A stretch of DNA of 64,000 nt from Planctomycetota bacterium (GCA_038213805.1 JBBQSO010000001.1:32001-96000); one strand, 5' to 3'; numbered from the stretch's first letter, positions 10,720-21,424 are shown. Translations and numbers: made by a program. Notes: generated by a model from the sequence alone, not told the origin.

Positions 10720-13700
10720 TCAGGGCTTGAGCTCGGCCTCGCCGGCGACGGTTCCACCACTGGCATCGGTGATGGTCGCACTGACCTGATAGAGGCGGCC
10801 GGCAATGCTCGCGACCAGGGGCAGTGCTACCGCAGCCTGCCCCGCAGGCGCGATCGTGAGCGAGCCGGTCCCGGCCGCGCCGAGATAGGCGCTGGTCTTC
10901 ACCGGCGCCGCGAATGTGCCGCCGACGCGTGCGCGCTCCCCGGCGAGCGCCAGCGTCCAGGTCACGACCTGCGGCTGCTGCGACTGGTTCGACACCACCA
11001 GTTCGACGGCGGGCTTGCCGTCCCTGGTGGCGGCGTGGATCTCGACCCCAAGTCGGCCGGTGAGAACCGGCCGGCAGCCGACCTGCGCCCTGGTTGCGCC
11101 CGCCGTGTCGGCGAGGCGCACCGTCACCGTGCCGGCGCGCGCCAGACTGCCGGCGGGCGAGGTGACGGTGAAGCGCAGCGGCTGGCCGGCGGCGCGTTCG
11201 ACGTTCCACCCGAGCGGCGCCTCGAGGGTCACCAGCTTGGCATCTGCGCCGGTCGCAACCTCGATGACGCCGGGCACGCCGCGCATCAACCGCGCCGGTG
11301 CGGCGGTGATGCTGAGCAGCGGCGCGGCGGTCTGCACCGGCAGCTGCGCCGGGCCGTCGTACGCGAGCAGCACCGGATCCGGTCCGACGCTCATGCCGAG
11401 GCCCTTGCCACCCGTCTTGAAGGTGGTGCGCCGGCCATCGATGGCGATCGCCACCACCTCGTCGACGCCGGGGAGCGGCAGGGTGAGATCGGCGCGGCCC
11501 TGGGTCTTGTCGATGATCGCGAAGCAGTGGCCCGCGGCGTCGCGGAACAGGCAGCCGGTGACGCCGTCCGCCCAGGTGCGTTCCTGCACGAAGGCCTTGT
11601 CGAGGATGCCGTTGATGAGGTTGTAGCAGGACACCGCGTCGAGCCGCGCCGCGTAGGCGTTGTAGCGGCTGTCGAACATGTTGAAGGCGTCGCCCGAGGT
11701 GCCGAGCGCGCGCCCGTCGGCGTCGGGATAGAGCAGGTCGAACCAGTTCATGCTCGCGCCGCCTGCGGCGAAGAAGGCAGCGAACTTGCGGACCATGTCG
11801 GCGGCGATGTGCTGGCGGGTCAGGCCCTGGCTGTTGAGGCCGATCTCGGTCGACCACATCGGCTTCACGCAGTGGTACTTGGCCATCAGCGCCTGGTACT
11901 GCGCCAGGGTCTTGCGCACGTCGGCGGGCGTCTCGTAGATGTGAAAGTCGAAGGCGTCGCACGCGTCCTGGTAGCCGGCCTGGAAGTACTCTTCGTTCGG
12001 CTCGACCGAGGTCGCGACCACGATGCAGTCGGGCGCGACCTTCTTGAGCTCGTCGTAGGCGATCTTGTAGGCGCGCACCTGTTGCTTCACCTGCTCGCCG
12101 GTGCCGTGCGGCTCGTTGCCGAGGTTGACCACGATGGGCTTCGGCTGGTGGCCACCGAAGGCGGCGAACCAGCTGCGGATGGCGCCGCGGATGGTGGTCT
12201 CATCGGTCCACTTCTCCCAGCCAGGATGGTGGTACTCGATGGCATTCAGATTGGCCGGGCAGCCGGTAAGGATGGCGGCGCCGAGCTCCTTGCACAGCTC
12301 GATGCCCGGCGCCTGGGCCTTGTAGGGCGCGGCGGCGTCGGCGCTGCCCCACAGGCCGATGGTGCGGAAACCGAGGCGGTCGCTGAGGCGGATGTAGTCT
12401 GGGATGCGGTTGTCCCAGTCGCGCGCGGTGAAGGGGATCTTCGCCGGCGGGAACGCTTTGCTCGCGGCCACCGGCACGATGGCCAGGCCGGCGCTGTCGT
12501 GATAGGGTTCGATATCGGCGAGCGGCACCTGCGCGTGCACTTCGTAATAACGGCCGGGCTCGAGCGCGACGCCGGCGAGATCGGCGCCCGCGCGGTAGCG
12601 GAAACCCTCCTTGGTGCGGCCATCGGCGGTCAGGGGGATGCTCACGGGCAGCGACTGCTCGGCGCCCCAGTAGTCACGCACCACCCAGGTCAGGGTGCGC
12701 TCGGCCGGCGCCAGCTCGCGGCGCGTCAAGGCGGTGAAGGTGACTGTGCGCGGCGCGTCAGGCAGGATGAGGTTGCCGAGCGAGGGCGTCGCCACCACCA
12801 GGCGTTCGACCGCGGGCAGGCGGCGCGCGGTGTCGAGCGGCTTGACCGTCAGGTCGTCGATGCGGAACTTCCCGACGGTCTTCTCGATGCGCGCGGTGAA
12901 GCGGCCGGCCACCGTCTGATAGGGCATGGTCACGCGCTTGCCCTGCACCTGCCAGGGGCGGCTGCCATAGGGCACGGCGATCTCCGACATGGCGATGACC
13001 GCGCCGCCGGCGTCGAGGGCCTCGAAGCGCAGCGCGCCGCAATACGATGCGTCGGGCGACTCGAGTTCGCAGGACGTCGCCGCGCTGATCTCCCACAGGC
13101 CCGGCGCGACCGGGAAGGTCGGTGACGCGGCCGCACAGGGCTGGTCGCGCTCCGCAGCGCCGCGCTCGAACTGCAGGGCGTTGGCGCCGGCGAAGGCCTG
13201 GTCGCCCGAGATCGTGACCTTGCCCTCGTACGTCCAGCCGGCGGGCAGCGCGGTCGCTCCTTCGAAGCCGCACGTCCAGCCGATGGTGCCGACGCGCACC
13301 GTGGCGACGAGCTGCGACACCCACACCGTCGCGGCCTGACCGTGGCGCCCGGCGAGCAGCACGAAGTTGCGCAGGTGGCCGATCCAGCCGTCGCCACGCT
13401 TGGGATCACCGCCCCATGATTCGTATTTGTCGACGCCGGCCACCGCCTCGGCGGTGCCGCGCTTGGCGAAGAAACGCGCGATCGGGAAGGTCACCAGCCG
13501 CCAGTCCTCGGACGGCGCACCCAGGGAGAGGCCGATCTGGTGGCAGCGGTCGGCGCCATCGACCAGGCGCAGGGTGACGCGCTCCAGGCCCGGCGCCTTC
13601 AGCCAGAACGAGACGCTCTCGACCTCCAGCTTCTGATCAGCGACGTTGCGCTCCATGTCGACGTAGTTGCCGCCCTTGCTGAGGTCGGCGACCAGGCGCA

Positions 13701-13893
13701 GGCTGGGCTGGCCGTCCTTCTGCACTTGCGGGTCGAAGACCACCTCGCCGGTGGCGCCTGGGAACTCCGCGCCGTTGTTGAAATGCCAGCCCTTGGCGGG
13801 CTCTTTGGCGTCGAACAGCGGGATGTCCTCGGCCATGGCCGCGGCGGCGCAGCAGGCGAGGAGGGCCAGGGTGGGCAGATGGGCGTGGGGCAC
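10720..13893 (-). CDS. Large secreted clan GH-A-type glycoside hydrolase with N-terminal carbohydrate-binding-like domains
   Basis: Signal peptide; acid/base motif NLGNEP, DFHIYE, nucleophile motif KPMWSTEIG; beta-sandwich-like N- and C-terminal regions. Exact GH family not determinable by eye. Confidence 0.75.
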   Translation of the reverse strand: MPHAHLPTLALLACCAAAAMAEDIPLFDAKEPAKGWHFNNGAEFPGATGEVVFDPQVQKDGQPSLRLVADLSKGGNYVDMERNVADQKLEVESVSFWLKAPGLERVTLRLVDGADRCHQIGLSLGAPSEDWRLVTFPIARFFAKRGTAEAVAGVDKYESWGGDPKRGDGWIGHLRNFVLLAGRHGQAATVWVSQLVATVRVGTIGWTCGFEGATALPAGWTYEGKVTISGDQAFAGANALQFERGAAERDQPCAAASPTFPVAPGLWEISAATSCELESPDASYCGALRFEALDAGGAVIAMSEIAVPYGSRPWQVQGKRVTMPYQTVAGRFTARIEKTVGKFRIDDLTVKPLDTARRLPAVERLVVATPSLGNLILPDAPRTVTFTALTRRELAPAERTLTWVVRDYWGAEQSLPVSIPLTADGRTKEGFRYRAGADLAGVALEPGRYYEVHAQVPLADIEPYHDSAGLAIVPVAASKAFPPAKIPFTARDWDNRIPDYIRLSDRLGFRTIGLWGSADAAAPYKAQAPGIELCKELGAAILTGCPANLNAIEYHHPGWEKWTDETTIRGAIRSWFAAFGGHQPKPIVVNLGNEPHGTGEQVKQQVRAYKIAYDELKKVAPDCIVVATSVEPNEEYFQAGYQDACDAFDFHIYETPADVRKTLAQYQALMAKYHCVKPMWSTEIGLNSQGLTRQHIAADMVRKFAAFFAAGGASMNWFDLLYPDADGRALGTSGDAFNMFDSRYNAYAARLDAVSCYNLINGILDKAFVQERTWADGVTGCLFRDAAGHCFAIIDKTQGRADLTLPLPGVDEVVAIAIDGRRTTFKTGGKGLGMSVGPDPVLLAYDGPAQLPVQTAAPLLSITAAPARLMRGVPGVIEVATGADAKLVTLEAPLGWNVERAAGQPLRFTVTSPAGSLARAGTVTVRLADTAGATRAQVGCRPVLTGRLGVEIHAATRDGKPAVELVVSNQSQQPQVVTWTLALAGERARVGGTFAAPVKTSAYLGAAGTGSLTIAPAGQAAVALPLVASIAGRLYQVSATITDASGGTVAGEAELKP

Positions 13894-14381
13894 GGGGAAC
13901 CCTTGGAATGGCGGACCGGAACGGGTGGTCGATCAGGCCGGTGTACTACGGAAACGCGCCGGGGGCGGAACGTGACAGCTGGAGAGCGTATTTTTATACC
14001 TTAATGGACTATTTATGTTGGTGAGGTACAGGCCATCGTGATTCGCACTGAGCTGCGGCGCGCAGGTGACGTCCTCAGGGCCGCTGAAGGCGCCCACCTC
14101 TTCCGGAGCCTTCCCGAGACCGCGCGCCGCCGGCGGGCACTCCAGTGAGACCCCGCCAGCGGCGCGCAGTCCCCAAAATGGCCATCCAGCGGATACGGAC
14201 TCAGGTCGGTGATCCACCAGGTTCCGAGGTATCCTGGGCCACCATGACCGTCTGCCGAAGCGTTCTGACGTGTCCCATCAAGGCGCCTCAACGATCCCCT
14301 CCCTCTCTCTGTATATGCTTGCCTACTTGCATACCTGTGCATGAACATCCAACTCGCATCCACCCACGCCTCAGACACCCC

Positions 14382-16046
14382 ATGACCCCACGCCTGTGCC
14401 TGATCGCCGTCCTTGCCACCTGCTCGGTCGCTGCCCGCGCCGCCACCGTCGGTGATCCCGCCCATCCCGAGACCCTCGAGAAGGACATCACGGCCGCGCT
14501 CGTGGCGGGCACCAAGGCGGTGACGGTGACGCCGGGCGTCTACCAGCTGCCGCAAGGCCTCGGCTTCCGCGATCTCGTCGGAGTGACCCTCGACTTCAGC
14601 AAGGTCGAGCTGTCGCTGCATTCCGAGCGCGACGGCGTGTCCTTCGGCGGCTGCCGTGACACCGTGTTCACCGGCGCCACCGTCCACTACGACCACCCGC
14701 GCTTCAGCCAGGCGAAGATCCTGGCCTTCGGCAGCGAGAACCAGCAGGTGTGGTACGAGGTGCAGGTCGACGCCGGCTACCCCGTCGACGCCACCTGGAA
14801 GTCGTCGGTGATCTTCACCGAGAAAGAGCGCCGCATCAAATTCCACACCTGGGACAGCAGCGCGAAGTCGGTCACGAAGCTCGACGGCGTCGGCCACCTC
14901 AAGGTGTACTGGGACGACCGCAACCTGATCCCGCCGCATTGCCCGGTCGCGGTCGGCGACTATCTGGTCTGCCGCGGCGACGGCAGTTCGCTGCTGCACA
15001 CCGACGGCTGCGTGACCTGCACCTTCAAAGACCTGACCTTCTATTGGGGCGGGATCTTCGGCATCTTCGAGACCGGCCCGTCGGAGGCGAACCATTACCT
15101 GCGCATCACGCTGACGCCGGGTGCGATGCCGGCGGGCGCCAGCAACCTGCCGTTCATCTCGCAGAGCGCCGACGGTCTGCACTCAGCGGCGGCGCGGCGC
15201 GGCCCCATCATTGAGGGCTGCGACTTCGAGTGCATGCTCGACGACGCCTTCGCCATTCATGGCTACTTCGCGCCGATCCTCGAAGTCGCTGGTCCCACGC
15301 TGATCGTCAAGGAGCATACGTTCCGCGTCGGCGATCTGGCGCGCGTCTCAAGCGACAAGGGCTTCCTGGCCGAGGCCACGGTGGCGAAGCTTGAGCACCA
15401 GGCCGACCAGCGCTGGGCGATCACCCTGGACAAGGACATCGCCGCCACCAGCGGCTGCAAAGTCGGCAATCCCAACGCCTCCGGCAACGGTTACAAAATC
15501 ATCAACAACACCGTCCGCGGCAACCGCGCGCGCGGCATCCTGGTCAAGGGCGACAATGGACTGATCGCGGGCAACACCATCGAGGGCTCGACCATGTCGG
15601 GCATCAGTGTCGGGCCGGAATACTGGTGGAACGAGGGCGATTACTGCCAGCACGTGACCATCCGCGACAACACCATCCGCCACACCAATTACGCGACCAA
15701 CGACTTCGGCAACAACGGTGCGATCCTGGTGCACGGCGACGGCACCAAAGGCAATCGCGACATCGTCATCACCGGCAACCGCATCGTGGACGTGAGCGGA
15801 GCCAACATCATCGTCGCCTGGGCGGATGGGATGAGAATAGCGGACAATACCTTCTCGGGCTTCCAGCGTGTCGACTTCGGCACGGATGAAAAGCACGGCG
15901 CGCTGGTCCTGCTCGACCACTGCGCGAACGTGGCCTTCAGCGGCAACACCACGAGCGCTCCGGGTCCGTTCGCAAAGACCATGCTGCTGAGCGGCAAGGA
16001 CGTCGTGGGCGTCACGGGCGTGGACACCGGCTTCGCCACGCACTGA
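14382..16046 (+). CDS. Secreted right-handed parallel beta-helix protein (GH110/pectin-lyase-like fold)
   Basis: Signal peptide; ADGLH...GPIIEGCDFECMLDDAFAIHG; repeated I.NNT...N...GI beta-helix rungs. Confidence 0.8.
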   Translation: MTPRLCLIAVLATCSVAARAATVGDPAHPETLEKDITAALVAGTKAVTVTPGVYQLPQGLGFRDLVGVTLDFSKVELSLHSERDGVSFGGCRDTVFTGATVHYDHPRFSQAKILAFGSENQQVWYEVQVDAGYPVDATWKSSVIFTEKERRIKFHTWDSSAKSVTKLDGVGHLKVYWDDRNLIPPHCPVAVGDYLVCRGDGSSLLHTDGCVTCTFKDLTFYWGGIFGIFETGPSEANHYLRITLTPGAMPAGASNLPFISQSADGLHSAAARRGPIIEGCDFECMLDDAFAIHGYFAPILEVAGPTLIVKEHTFRVGDLARVSSDKGFLAEATVAKLEHQADQRWAITLDKDIAATSGCKVGNPNASGNGYKIINNTVRGNRARGILVKGDNGLIAGNTIEGSTMSGISVGPEYWWNEGDYCQHVTIRDNTIRHTNYATNDFGNNGAILVHGDGTKGNRDIVITGNRIVDVSGANIIVAWADGMRIADNTFSGFQRVDFGTDEKHGALVLLDHCANVAFSGNTTSAPGPFAKTMLLSGKDVVGVTGVDTGFATH

Positions 16047-16063
16047 TCGGACAGGAACCCCGC

Positions 16064-17092
16064 ATGCTCTTCCGCGCCGTCGTCATCGCCATCCTGCTCG
16101 CAATCGCTTGCCGCGCGCGGGCAGAAACATTCTCGTACACCAACCCCCTGCCGTTCGCCTACGAGTCGCAGGGCAAGGAGCGCAGCGAGGTCCGCGATCC
16201 CTGCATCATCCACGATGGCGGCCGCTATTACGCGATCTTCACCATGTGGCCGTTCGCCAATCGCGACGAGCAGCACCTCGGCGACGTGGACATGGGCAGC
16301 TCGCCCGGCATCCGCATGTATTCTTCAACGGACCTGGCCACCTGGAAGGACGACGGCTGGCTGGTGAAGAGTTCGGAGCTGCCGGCAGACTGCCCCTACA
16401 AGCACCAGTTCTGGGCGCCGGAGATCCACCACTGCAACGGCAAGTTCTACCTGATCTTCACCGCCAGCAATTGGCAGGCGAAGACCTACAATCTGCAGGA
16501 GGGCTACTACGCCTTCATCGGCGTCGCCGACCAGGTCACCGGGCCGTACCAGCACATCACCAAGATCCCGAACGGCCCCTGCGACACCTCGCTGTTCACC
16601 GACGAGCACGGTGAGTTCTATCTGGCCATGCCGCGCCGCGATATTTTCGTCCAGAAGGTCGACCTCAGCCGCCTCGACCAGGGCGTGATCACGCGCACCG
16701 GTCCCGAGGTCATGGTTGTCACCAGCGCCGACGATCAGCCCGGCGCGACCAGTCCCGACTACCTCGAAGGCCCGTGGGTCGAACGCATCGGCAAGCGCTA
16801 CTGCATGCTTTACGCTGAACTCTATAAGAACGACGGCTACTGGACCGGCGTCGCCTATGCCGATTCGCCCCTGGGCCCGTATACCAAGGACCCCGAGCGG
16901 AAGGTGTTCTTCGGTGGGCACCTCGCCGTTTTCGACGGGCCGGACAAACGGAAATGGGTGTCCTATCGGCGCGAGCGCGCCAACGATGGGCGTGGGCTGA
17001 TGTGCGTGGATCCGCTGGACATCGATGCGCTGGGGCGGATCCGTGGTGGCGATACCTATAAGCAGAAGGTGATCGTGTCCGTCGCCAAGTGA
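16064..17092 (+). CDS. Secreted glycoside hydrolase family 43
   Basis: VRDPCII, FWAPEIHHCNGKFYLIFTA, CDTSLFTD, LEGPWV, ADSPLGPY. Confidence 0.9.
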   Translation: MLFRAVVIAILLAIACRARAETFSYTNPLPFAYESQGKERSEVRDPCIIHDGGRYYAIFTMWPFANRDEQHLGDVDMGSSPGIRMYSSTDLATWKDDGWLVKSSELPADCPYKHQFWAPEIHHCNGKFYLIFTASNWQAKTYNLQEGYYAFIGVADQVTGPYQHITKIPNGPCDTSLFTDEHGEFYLAMPRRDIFVQKVDLSRLDQGVITRTGPEVMVVTSADDQPGATSPDYLEGPWVERIGKRYCMLYAELYKNDGYWTGVAYADSPLGPYTKDPERKVFFGGHLAVFDGPDKRKWVSYRRERANDGRGLMCVDPLDIDALGRIRGGDTYKQKVIVSVAK

Positions 17093-17474
17093 CGACCGGC
17101 GACCCTGTCCCTAAGAGAACCTTCACCAGGGTGCGGGCTGAGGGCGGGGGATCTTTAGGGAGTGTGCCACCGATAGTACTAGCGTGTTATCCGACCGCCC
17201 TGATGCCTTTTGTCCGTACTCCGTGAAAACACGTAAGGTGTTGCTCTATCTGGTAGTTCATTGTTTTCACTGGGACTAGGACGATCCCCGCTGTGCTCCG
17301 CGCACACAAGTCGCAAACCAATGCACGGCACGCATGTAGACCACTGGTCGGTAACATCTCCGATTGGCTGACATGACCGGCCTACGAGCCCGCATATGCA
17401 GGTGGATCGCGTTTCCGACCGCTGCGTCGGACGCATCCTGAGCGTACACTCCCAAGGTGCTTCGACCCCCTCCC

Positions 17475-19913
17475 ATGCGCTTCCCGACCTGCACTGCCAC
17501 CTTCTTGACCGCGTTCCTGGCGACGACGGGCGGCCTTGTCGGCGGCGGCACCAGTGCCTGGGGCGCCGACACCAGCTCGGCGATGCTGGCGTCGGCGTTC
17601 GACAAGCAGGTCAAGCCGCTGCTGAACACCTACTGCGCCGTTTGCCACGGCACCGAGAAGCAGAAGGGCGACGTCGACTTCTCCACGGTCAAGGATGGCG
17701 AGCAGGCGCTCGGCCAGCTGCCGTTGTGGAAGAGCGCGCTCGCCAAGCTCACCGACCAGGAGATGCCGCCAAGCAAGGAGAAGAAGCAGCCCAGCGATGC
17801 GGAGCGGCAGACCATGCAGGTGTGGATGCGCGCCCTCAAGCGCCTGCAGCCGCCCGATCCCGGCCCGTTCATCATCCGCCGCCTCGCGCGCGTCGAGTAC
17901 GACAACACCATCCGCGACCTGTTCGGCGTCGACCTCAAGGCCGGCAGCGACCTGCCTACGGACGTGCCCGGCGAGGGCTTCGGCAACACCGTCTCGCCGC
18001 TGCTGATGGAGAAGTACCTGATCGCGGCCGACGACATCCTCGACCGTCTGATCCTTCCCGACCAGTATCACCTGACCAGCCCGGCCGGACAACTCGGCGC
18101 GATCATCGCGGGCGTGCCGGAGGAGGGCAAGCCGGACGGCAAGGAGCGCATCTTCACCTCGCCGGCCGAGCTCACCACCGTGCTCAGCATCCCCGCCGAG
18201 GGCACCTATTCTATCCGCATCAAGGCCGGTGCCGAGCAGGTCGGCAAAGAGCCGGTGCGCATCGGCATCCGCTTCGACGGCCAGTTCGTGCAGGAACTGA
18301 AAGTACTCGCGCCGACCAAGCGCCCCGCGGTCTACACCTGCTCGACCAAGCTGGTCAACGGCAAGACGCGCTTCTCGGTGGTGTTCATCAACCCCGTCGC
18401 CGATGTCGACCTGCCGCCGGCCGCGCCTGCGGCCCCCGTCGGCAACGGCAAGAAAACCCCGGCTGGCACCGCGCCCAAGCCTGCCCCGGGCGCGAAGCCG
18501 GCCACGCCGGCCAAGCCGGCCGCCCCCGCCGCCGATCCCAGCAAGGCCGCCAACCGCACCCTGCTGATCGAGAGCATCGAGATCGTCGGCCCACCCGCCG
18601 GGTTCGTCGGCGAGGCGCAGCGCCGAGTGTTCGTGGCGCTGCCCGGCAAGGACGTCGCCAAGCGCGACGCCGCGCAGAAGATCGCCCAGGCCTTCGCCTA
18701 CCGCGCCTACCGGCGCCCGCCGACCGACCTCGAAATCCAGGCGCTGCTCAAGGTGTTCGATCTCGCCGACGGCCAGGACGAGGTCTTCAACGAGTCGATC
18801 AAGCTGATGCTCAAGGCCGTGCTGGTCTCGCCGCAGTTCCTCTACCGCACGCCCGACGACCGCGTCGAAGCCAAGGATCCGGTGGTGCCGCTCGGCGACT
18901 ATGAACTCGCCTCGCGGCTCTCCTACTTCCTGTGGGCGACCATGCCCGACGACGAACTCTTCAAACTCGCCAAGGACGGCAAGCTGCACGAACCCGAGAC
19001 CCTCGCCACCCAGGTGAAGCGCCTGCTCAAGGACCCGCGCGCGCACGCCCTGGCTGAGAACTTCGCCGCGCCCTGGCTGGGCCTCGACAAAGTCGCCGAC
19101 ACCACCCTCGACGAGAAGAAGTTCCCGGGCGTCACCAAGGACATGCGCCAAGCGCTGGCCGACGAGGGCCTGACCTTCTTCGACGGGATGATGCGCGAGA
19201 GCGGCAGCGTGCTCGACTTCATCGACTGCGACTACGCCTACATGAACGGGATGACGGCCAGGCTCTACGGCATCGACTCGGTCAAGGGGCCGAAGATGCA
19301 GAAGGTCCACCTCGACGACAAGAACCGCGGCGGCGCCGCGACCATGCCGGGCGTGCTGATGGTGACCTCGACGCCCAACCGCACCAGCCCAGTCAAACGC
19401 GGCAAGTGGGTGCTTGAAGAACTGCTCGGCGCCTCGCCGCCGCCGCCACCGCCCAACGTGCCGGCGCTCGACAAGCAGGACACGCCCGAGAACGCCAAGC
19501 TCACGTTGCGCCAGAAGACCGAGCGCCACCGCGACGACCCCGCCTGCGCGAGCTGCCACCGCGTGATGGATCCGATCGGCTTCGGCCTCGAGAACTTCGA
19601 CGCCATCGGCCGCTGGCGCGACCGCGACGACACCGGTGGGCCAGTCGACGCCGTCGGCGAATTGCCGGGCAAGCAGCGCTTCAGTTCGCCGAGCGAGCTC
19701 AAAAAGATCCTGATGGGCCGGAAGGATGAATTCCTGCGCACTTTCACCAGCAAGCTGCTCGCCTTCGCGCTTGGCCGCAAACTGGTCGGCTACGACGAGG
19801 TCGTGGTCGAGGACCTCGTCGAGCAGATGGCCAAGGACGAGTACAAGCTCGACACCCTGATCGGCCGCATCGTGGCCAGCTATCCCTTCCGCAATCGCCA
19901 GACCCTCCATTAG
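17475..19913 (+). CDS. Planctomycete cytochrome c + DUF1587/DUF1595/DUF1592/DUF1588/DUF1585 protein
   Basis: Heme motifs CAVCH and CASCH; RRLARVEYDNTIRDL, RAYRRP, YELASRLSYFLWATMPDDEL, RTSPVKRGKWVLEELLG, DPIGFGLENFDAIGRWR. Confidence 0.92.
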   Translation: MRFPTCTATFLTAFLATTGGLVGGGTSAWGADTSSAMLASAFDKQVKPLLNTYCAVCHGTEKQKGDVDFSTVKDGEQALGQLPLWKSALAKLTDQEMPPSKEKKQPSDAERQTMQVWMRALKRLQPPDPGPFIIRRLARVEYDNTIRDLFGVDLKAGSDLPTDVPGEGFGNTVSPLLMEKYLIAADDILDRLILPDQYHLTSPAGQLGAIIAGVPEEGKPDGKERIFTSPAELTTVLSIPAEGTYSIRIKAGAEQVGKEPVRIGIRFDGQFVQELKVLAPTKRPAVYTCSTKLVNGKTRFSVVFINPVADVDLPPAAPAAPVGNGKKTPAGTAPKPAPGAKPATPAKPAAPAADPSKAANRTLLIESIEIVGPPAGFVGEAQRRVFVALPGKDVAKRDAAQKIAQAFAYRAYRRPPTDLEIQALLKVFDLADGQDEVFNESIKLMLKAVLVSPQFLYRTPDDRVEAKDPVVPLGDYELASRLSYFLWATMPDDELFKLAKDGKLHEPETLATQVKRLLKDPRAHALAENFAAPWLGLDKVADTTLDEKKFPGVTKDMRQALADEGLTFFDGMMRESGSVLDFIDCDYAYMNGMTARLYGIDSVKGPKMQKVHLDDKNRGGAATMPGVLMVTSTPNRTSPVKRGKWVLEELLGASPPPPPPNVPALDKQDTPENAKLTLRQKTERHRDDPACASCHRVMDPIGFGLENFDAIGRWRDRDDTGGPVDAVGELPGKQRFSSPSELKKILMGRKDEFLRTFTSKLLAFALGRKLVGYDEVVVEDLVEQMAKDEYKLDTLIGRIVASYPFRNRQTLH

Positions 19914-19931
19914 TCCTGCACGGAGCACCCC

Positions 19932-21350
19932 ATGGCCCACCGCACCACCCTCTCGCGCCGCACCTGCCTCAAGGGGCTGGGCGTGGCCATGGCGCTGCCC
20001 TTCCTCGAGACCATGACCTGGGGCGAGACGCCCAAGGGCGCGGCCAAGAACCCGGTGCGCATGGCCTTCCTGCAGTCGCCCTTCGGCGTCTACCCGGACA
20101 ATTTCTGGCCCAAGGACGCCAAGACCTTCGGGCCCTCGGGCGTGGTCCCGCCGACGCTCGAGCCGCTGCGCGCGCTGCTCGGCGACTGCCTGGTCATCCA
20201 GGGCCTGCAGAACCCCGGGATCAACGCCACCAAGGGCTCGACCCACCTGGTCGAGACCTCTTCGTGGCTGACCTGCACCGCGCCCAAGGGCGGCGGCATG
20301 GTCGAGGTCGGCGTCTCGGCCGACCAGATCGCGGCGCTGCAGGTCGGCGCGTACACCGCCATCCCCTCGCTCGAGCTCGGCATCCAGAACTCGAACTTCA
20401 GCCACACCGGCGAGGACGGCTTCGCCGGCGCGTACTACGACACCATCTCGTTCCGCACCCCGACCCAGCCACTGCCGTGCGAGAACAACCCGCGCTCGGT
20501 GCTCAACCGCCTGTTCTCGTCGCGCAAATCGATGCCCAAGCGCCGCGCCTCGAGCGGTGGGGTGGCCGCGGTCGGCGGCGGCGCCGAGGAGAGCGAAGGA
20601 CGCTCGCTGGACCAGTCGATGCTCGACGTGGTCATGGAGAGCACCGCGGAGCTGCGCAAGCACATCAGCGGCACCGACCAGCGTACCGTCGACGAGTACC
20701 TTGACGGGGTGCGTTCGCTCGAGCAGCGCGTCGCCGCCATCGAGAAGCAGCAGGCCGAGGCCGCGCACGCCAAGCAGGCCAAGGGCAACACCAAGAGCGG
20801 CTTGAAGTACTCCGACCCGATCGAGGTCGCGGTCCACGACGGCGGCAAGTGGAGCGAAAAGGTCAAGCTGATGGGCGACCTGATGATCCTCGCCTTCCAG
20901 ACCGACCTGACGCGCATCGCCACCTTCGTCTTCGAGCACCCCTTCGGCATCAGCTACCCCGAATTGGGCTTCACCGAGGCTCATCACGAGTGCAGCCACC
21001 ACGACAACAACAAGGAGAAGATCGAGAAGCTGTGCAAGATCGAGCGCTTCCAGATCGAGCAGTTCGCCTACATCGTCGGACGCATGAAGGGCCTGCTGGA
21101 CGGCAACGGCACGCTGCTCGACAACAGCATGGTCATGTGGGGATCGGGCATGGGCTATGGCCTGCAGCACAACAACAACAACATGCCGACCATCCTCGCC
21201 GGGCGCGGCGGCGGCACCATCCGCACCGGCCGCCTGGTGCACGCCACCGGCACCCAGGGCGACCTGCTGATGGCGATCCTCGCACGCGCGGGATGCGCGC
21301 CGGACCGCGCCATCGGCAGCGGGACGAAGCCGTCGAACGATCTGGTGTAA
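19932..21350 (+). CDS. DUF1552 family protein (Tat substrate)
   Basis: SRRTCLKGLGVAMALPFLETM, SADQIAA, SLELG, LAFQTDLTRIAT, GTLLDNSMV; directly follows the DUF1592-family gene. Confidence 0.92.
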   Translation: MAHRTTLSRRTCLKGLGVAMALPFLETMTWGETPKGAAKNPVRMAFLQSPFGVYPDNFWPKDAKTFGPSGVVPPTLEPLRALLGDCLVIQGLQNPGINATKGSTHLVETSSWLTCTAPKGGGMVEVGVSADQIAALQVGAYTAIPSLELGIQNSNFSHTGEDGFAGAYYDTISFRTPTQPLPCENNPRSVLNRLFSSRKSMPKRRASSGGVAAVGGGAEESEGRSLDQSMLDVVMESTAELRKHISGTDQRTVDEYLDGVRSLEQRVAAIEKQQAEAAHAKQAKGNTKSGLKYSDPIEVAVHDGGKWSEKVKLMGDLMILAFQTDLTRIATFVFEHPFGISYPELGFTEAHHECSHHDNNKEKIEKLCKIERFQIEQFAYIVGRMKGLLDGNGTLLDNSMVMWGSGMGYGLQHNNNNMPTILAGRGGGTIRTGRLVHATGTQGDLLMAILARAGCAPDRAIGSGTKPSNDLV

Positions 21351-21390
21351 GCAACGCCAGGACGCTGCGACCGCGGCGTTGACCGGCAGT

Positions 21391-21424
21391 GACCGCGGCG
21401 ATGGGGCAACCCATCGCCGCGGTC
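21391..21424. terminator. Perfect 15-bp hairpin with GCAA tetraloop after DUF1552 (terminator or stabilising stem, no U-tract)
   Basis: gaccgcggcgatggg-gcaa-cccatcgccgcggtc. Confidence 0.6.

Noticed and set aside
13940..13980. Possible ECF promoter (TGTCAC...CGTAGT on the minus strand) upstream of the large GH gene
   Set aside because: The spacer is about 21 nt, longer than typical, and no matching well-spaced copies were found elsewhere in the window.
17100..17470. Possible riboswitch or ncRNA in the spacer before the DUF1592-family gene (gtgaaaac...gttttcac, gcaaacc)
   Set aside because: Only short inverted repeats; the conserved core of c-di-GMP or other riboswitches I know is not present.
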